Positions 60,264 to 64,000 of a stretch of 64,000 bases of DNA are shown here, piece by piece. Source of the stretch: a bacterium (GTDB lineage Bacteria > Electryoneota > Electryoneia > Electryoneales > Electryoneaceae). Both the position numbers and the translations under genes were made by a program. Position 1 is the first letter of the stretch; every line of letters starts with the position of its first letter. The notes below the pieces were generated by a model that saw only the letters and a program-made list of their open reading frames with translations, was not told where the DNA came from and did not search any database. Location: positions 1,568,001 to 1,632,000 of the forward strand of contig OY769902.1 of the NCBI GenBank assembly GCA_963669175.1. The letters are read 5' to 3'.

Positions 60264-60460
60264 GGTTGGGATTCCTCATCTTTACAAAAATCTACACAAA
60301 AATGAACAACAAGAAACGTTCCGCCGAAACTCTCCGGCAGAATTTTTAACAGGGTGACTGAGGATCAACAACTATTGCGCCGGAAATCAGTATTCCCGGC
60401 CTGAAGACTGACCTTCAGCCTTACTTGTGAGGAACAACCAGCATGCAGCCTTTCTGGGTT
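60264..60460 (-). promoter_or_regulatory. Putative leader-peptide attenuator (uORF MLVVPHK, 60444-60421)
   Basis: SD agaaagg + ATG CTG GTT GTT CCT CAC AAG TAA; uORF is complementary to the rsgA SD/start region; hairpins lie between. Confidence 0.6.
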
Positions 60461-60645
60461 TGTGTTTCAACTATCGCAAAAATAATATGCCGGCTTGATT
60501 GATTGCAATGATAATCGTACTCCTGAGCCATGTGCGCTCCCTTCGGGAGCGGAGGGAAGGGAGCATTTGTTTCCCCCGGCGCTTACGCACCACGCTTTTC
60601 ATGTGTCACCTCTTCGAGGTGGATGGGATTAAACTGCAATTGTAA

Positions 60646-60758
60646 AGCTATTCTCAATTATGTTCCGTCATAATGGAGATTGCGAGGAAAAGGGGACGGG
60701 ATCCTTTTCCTCGCGCTTGTCAGAATATCCCTGAAGTATTTCTGGAAAAGGAAACTGT
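60646..60758 (+). repeat. Family A element interrupted by IS110
   Basis: Matches the start of the 6403 copy, then breaks at gaaactgt|tataatg. Confidence 0.85.
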
Positions 60759-61066
60759 TATAATGCATAAGTAGAAGCAGCCAACCTCGACGCAGCACAC
60801 ATGTCGGGCTAACTTGTGTTAAAGGCGTAACACGAGGTTACCCGTAGTACTTACACGAGGAGGTTGGCATGCAGGCAGTATACTACATCGGTCTGGACGT
60901 ACACAAGAAGAAGATTGCGTATTGTATTCAAACGTCGGCAGGTAAGATAGTTGACCAGGGCATGGTTGCATCCACCCGTCCTGCTCTTTCAAACTGGGTT
61001 GCGAAGTTACCGACTCCCTGGGCGGCGGCGATGGAAGCGACGTTGTTTACAGGCTGGATTTATGAT
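60759..61066 (+). mobile_element. IS110-family remnant: structured left end plus truncated transposase (60869-61066)
   Basis: YIGLDVHKK...AMEATLFTGWIYD is a DEDD recombinase N-terminus; similarity stops at codon ~66, where a family B repeat begins. Confidence 0.85.
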
Positions 61067-61075
61067 TTGGGCAAT

Positions 61076-61375
61076 GTTGTGGCAGGTCTTGACGCGACAT
61101 TTCGTCTTCGACTTTTGCTGTGTTTTCCAGAATGCACAATGATACTGAAACCATCTCGCGCCCTGTTATTGTCGCGTTGTGACCTGCCACCTGATTCAAC
61201 ATTCTCGCTGTCGTCAGGTCACAACGTGATGCCTGATGACGATCCATCAAGCGAAATAGCATGTGTGAAGTCGGACAGGTGTCTGAAATTGCGGAGAAGA
61301 ACGCGAAAACGGCATCACGTCAAGACCTGACGAAACGTACTCGTATATAATACGCACAAATTCCTGTGAGCAGCC
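61076..61375 (+). repeat. Family B BIME-like element, diverged third copy
   Basis: gttgtggcaggtcttgacgcgaca...ggcatcacgtcaagacctgacgaaacg...gagcagcc, as at 14909-15207. Confidence 0.88.
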
Positions 61376-61732
61376 GTATATTTTTCACCAGCATGTTGTT
61401 TGAAATCAGCCGAAAATCTTGGGAAAGCAACGCAGTCATGGGGTAAAGCGCGCGCTCCTTTCGGGCTTGTTTTTGATGGCCGATTTCTGCGTTAGTTTCA
61501 CTCAGAATAGAACTACTATGATTTCGTGAAACTGTCTTGAACTCGACTCATCAAAAACAAGCAGAACAACTCATATCAGGTGCAATAGACCACCAGTATT
61601 CATCTGTATGCCCCTTCATTAGCTTTGTGTTTAAGTGATTTATCTTGCAGAAAAGTGTAGCAGTCCCGATTTCCCTTGAAATAGCGAAACACCTGATTGT
61701 TTTTCACAAGATGAATATACAGGCGTGATGCT

Positions 61733-62350
61733 TCATTCAACCCGAACATTCACAACATCTATCATCCCTGAAATTGTTGTGCCGTAGACAGCATTGGTCC
61801 ACATGATTGCAATACGAAGATTTCGATAACTACTGCAGTAATGGCTGATGTCAATCGAGATCTCGTGCCAATCCATGTTTGTGATGGTTTCTTCCCAGAT
61901 GAATTCCGTATGCAAGTGATCAACCTGAATAAAAGCTCGCAGTGTATTGCCTTCGACCAGGGAATCTGTAGCTGTTTTCAGCCAGAAGTTCAGGGTGCCG
62001 GAACTGAAGATATACAGGTCAAATTCCTGGTTGATGATAGCGGTACCGAAATGTCCCCCAACTTCCGGGATATCATTGGTATAGTCAAACCCGATACAAT
62101 AACGTCCGGAATAGGCCTGGGCAGTATCATCAATAATATTCCAGCTCAGTAACTTCCAGTCTTCTCTTGCATTTGAGAACGAGTCATATAGAAGTGACAG
62201 CGGGGGACCGTCATAGCTGCCGGGGCCACCCTCATTGTTATATCCAGTCGGAGAGGAGCCGTTATCACCACCGCCACACCCCTGGATAAAGAGGAGTAAT
62301 AGCAGGGAGATCGCAATCGGTATTGACGAGTGTAGTGTTCGTGCTGACAT
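61733..62350 (-). CDS. Hypothetical lipoprotein with a probable beta-sandwich domain
   Basis: Lipobox IQGC, Gly/Ser linker, AYSG, WHEISIDIS.Y pattern. Confidence 0.7.
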   Translation of the reverse strand: MSARTLHSSIPIAISLLLLLFIQGCGGGDNGSSPTGYNNEGGPGSYDGPPLSLLYDSFSNAREDWKLLSWNIIDDTAQAYSGRYCIGFDYTNDIPEVGGHFGTAIINQEFDLYIFSSGTLNFWLKTATDSLVEGNTLRAFIQVDHLHTEFIWEETITNMDWHEISIDISHYCSSYRNLRIAIMWTNAVYGTTISGMIDVVNVRVE

Positions 62351-62551
62351 GGCACTCTACTCCAAACCAGATGCTGCTCACGGCATGAATTGCCTGTTGT
62401 CGCTTCATTGCAAACGTACCAATCGCCAGAAATCCTCTCCTTTCCTCCCTAAGGAACTGCTGAGGTAGCTACGACGGTAACGCCAGGGCCATTATCCCTG
62501 GCAAGAAGCAATATTTTTATCATCTTTTGTTAATTTAATACCCGCAAATAC

Positions 62552-62588
62552 AAAAAAAACGATTCCCTGCAAAAAAAGCAGGGAATCA
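62552..62588 (-). terminator. Rho-independent terminator of the decarboxylase gene
   Basis: aaaaaaaac-gattccctgc-aaaaaaa-gcagggaatc. Confidence 0.75.
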
Positions 62589-62660
62589 CGAGGCAATATC
62601 CTGAATAATAAACAATTTAGTTGACTTTTAGATCATCAATAAGTATCCTGAATCATCAAC

Positions 62661-63998
62661 TTAACAAATCCCGCGAGTCGGTCCTGCGCCACTTTCAAGC
62701 AATCCTTCCGCTAACGCAGGTTTCGTCTTGTCCAGGTAGTCAAGAGTGCGTTTCAGATCTTCGATCAGCATTTCCGCCAGATCATGGGAGAAACCTTCCC
62801 GTACCACAATTCTCAACACAGCTTCCTCGGTCACATTGTCCGGGAGTGTGTACGCCGGGACAATCCAGCCACGTTCACGCAGCTTTTCTGAAACGTGGAA
62901 CACGGTAAACTTCGAGGTGTCCTTTAACTGGAACACGCAAACCGGGAGAGAACGGTTATCGCTCAGCAGGATAAACCGGTCCATCTCGAGAATTCGTTTG
63001 TCGAGCCAGTCGGTGACATTCATCAGGTTTTTCATGATCCGCATGTACCCTTCATGCCCCAGGCGCAGGAAGTTGTAGTACTGTGCGATGACATGACTGG
63101 CGCCACGGGAGAAATTCAGGTTAAATGTGGGCAGGTCACCACCCAGGTAGTTCACATGAAAAACCAGGTCTTCCGGCAAGTCCTGCTCTTCACGCCACAG
63201 CACCCAGCCGATACCGGGATAGACCAGTCCGAACTTGTGACCGGAGACGTTGATGGATTTGACCCGTTCATTACGGAAATCCCATGCTATTTCCGGTTCG
63301 ACAAACGGCGCAACAAAACCGCCACTGGCCGCATCAACATGAACCGGGATGTTCCACCCCGTTTCCGCCTGTACTTCGTCGAGCGCCTTGCAGATTTCTT
63401 TCACCGGTTCATATTCGCCGGTAAAGGTCGAGCCGAGAATGGCGACCACAGCAATGGTATTCTCATCGACGTATTCTTTTACCTCTTCCGGGGTGATCGT
63501 GTACTTGCCATGTTCCATCGGGATCAGGCGGGGCTCCACTTCGAAATAACGTGCGAACTTGTCCCAGACCACCTGTACATCAATTCCCATGACAATGTTG
63601 GGCTTGTCTGTCGGTTTGCCTTCTGCTTTCCGACGGGACTTCCAGTTCCATTTGGCCGCCAGTCCTCCCAGCATAATTGCTTCTGACGAACCGATTGCGG
63701 CTGTTCCGACCGCTGCGGAATCGGATGGCGCGTTGAACAATTTCGCCAGCATGGAGACACAACGGTCCTGGATAACCATGGTCTGGGGATATTCTTCCTG
63801 GTCCACGAAATTTTTATTCAGGCTCTCAACAATCAGCTTCTCCGCTTCGGGTTCCATCCAGGTGGTAACAAAGCTGGCAAGGTTCAGCGATGGATTCCCG
63901 TCCAGGTTCAATTCATCATGGATAAGCTGATAAGCCACCTTTGCCGGCATGGATTTTTCCGGCAGCTTGAACTTGGGGACCTCTTCGGTAAAGTAGCG
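62661..63998 (-). CDS. gadB: Glutamate decarboxylase (5'-partial)
   Basis: LNLASFVTTWMEPE, GSSEAIMLGG, HVDAASGGF, SGHKFG (PLP lysine); frame is open to the window end. Confidence 0.93.
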   Translation of the reverse strand, partial: RYFTEEVPKFKLPEKSMPAKVAYQLIHDELNLDGNPSLNLASFVTTWMEPEAEKLIVESLNKNFVDQEEYPQTMVIQDRCVSMLAKLFNAPSDSAAVGTAAIGSSEAIMLGGLAAKWNWKSRRKAEGKPTDKPNIVMGIDVQVVWDKFARYFEVEPRLIPMEHGKYTITPEEVKEYVDENTIAVVAILGSTFTGEYEPVKEICKALDEVQAETGWNIPVHVDAASGGFVAPFVEPEIAWDFRNERVKSINVSGHKFGLVYPGIGWVLWREEQDLPEDLVFHVNYLGGDLPTFNLNFSRGASHVIAQYYNFLRLGHEGYMRIMKNLMNVTDWLDKRILEMDRFILLSDNRSLPVCVFQLKDTSKFTVFHVSEKLRERGWIVPAYTLPDNVTEEAVLRIVVREGFSHDLAEMLIEDLKRTLDYLDKTKPALAEGLLESGAGPTRGIC

Positions 63999-64000
63999 TG

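Noticed and set aside
60869-61330. 153-aa intact transposase ORF
   Set aside because: It is a chimera: 66 transposase codons reading through into a family B repeat.
61430-61600. Possible MITE or IS end
   Set aside because: It has a palindromic look but only one copy and no definable termini in the window.

Overview
Bacterial window of roughly 50% GC (estimated by eye), most likely from an FCB-superphylum or candidate-phylum lineage. This is inferred from eight secreted proteins ending in a 'PNPFN...' T9SS type-A/FlgD-like C-terminal domain. In order it holds: two tandem S8 subtilases; a minus-strand cluster of arylsulfotransferase, FGE-domain lipoprotein, CotH kinase with dockerin and a cohesin-like lipoprotein; TPR, MocR and radical SAM genes; a periplasmic-sensor histidine kinase with no ATPase domain; three paralogous ~1050-aa secreted proteins, the middle one broken; and housekeeping genes (glutathione peroxidase, metG, ricT, holB, EnvC-like M23, pepF, rsgA, glutamate decarboxylase). 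It also has a Phd/RelE toxin-antitoxin pair, a YIP1-TolC-MFP-ABC operon with no permease, an AT-rich ADP-ribosyltransferase-like gene pair, a RecQ-PRTase + DprA operon and an IS110 remnant inserted in a palindromic repeat. Intergenic DNA carries many distinct REP/BIME-like palindromic families. The best candidates for undescribed biology are (1) the RecQ-PRTase/DprA module, (2) the cohesin-dockerin-anchored kinase/sulfotransferase cluster, (3) a leader-peptide attenuator upstream of rsgA and (4) the ART-like pair. No rRNA, tRNA or CRISPR array was recognised. All family calls come from motif reading, not database searches.
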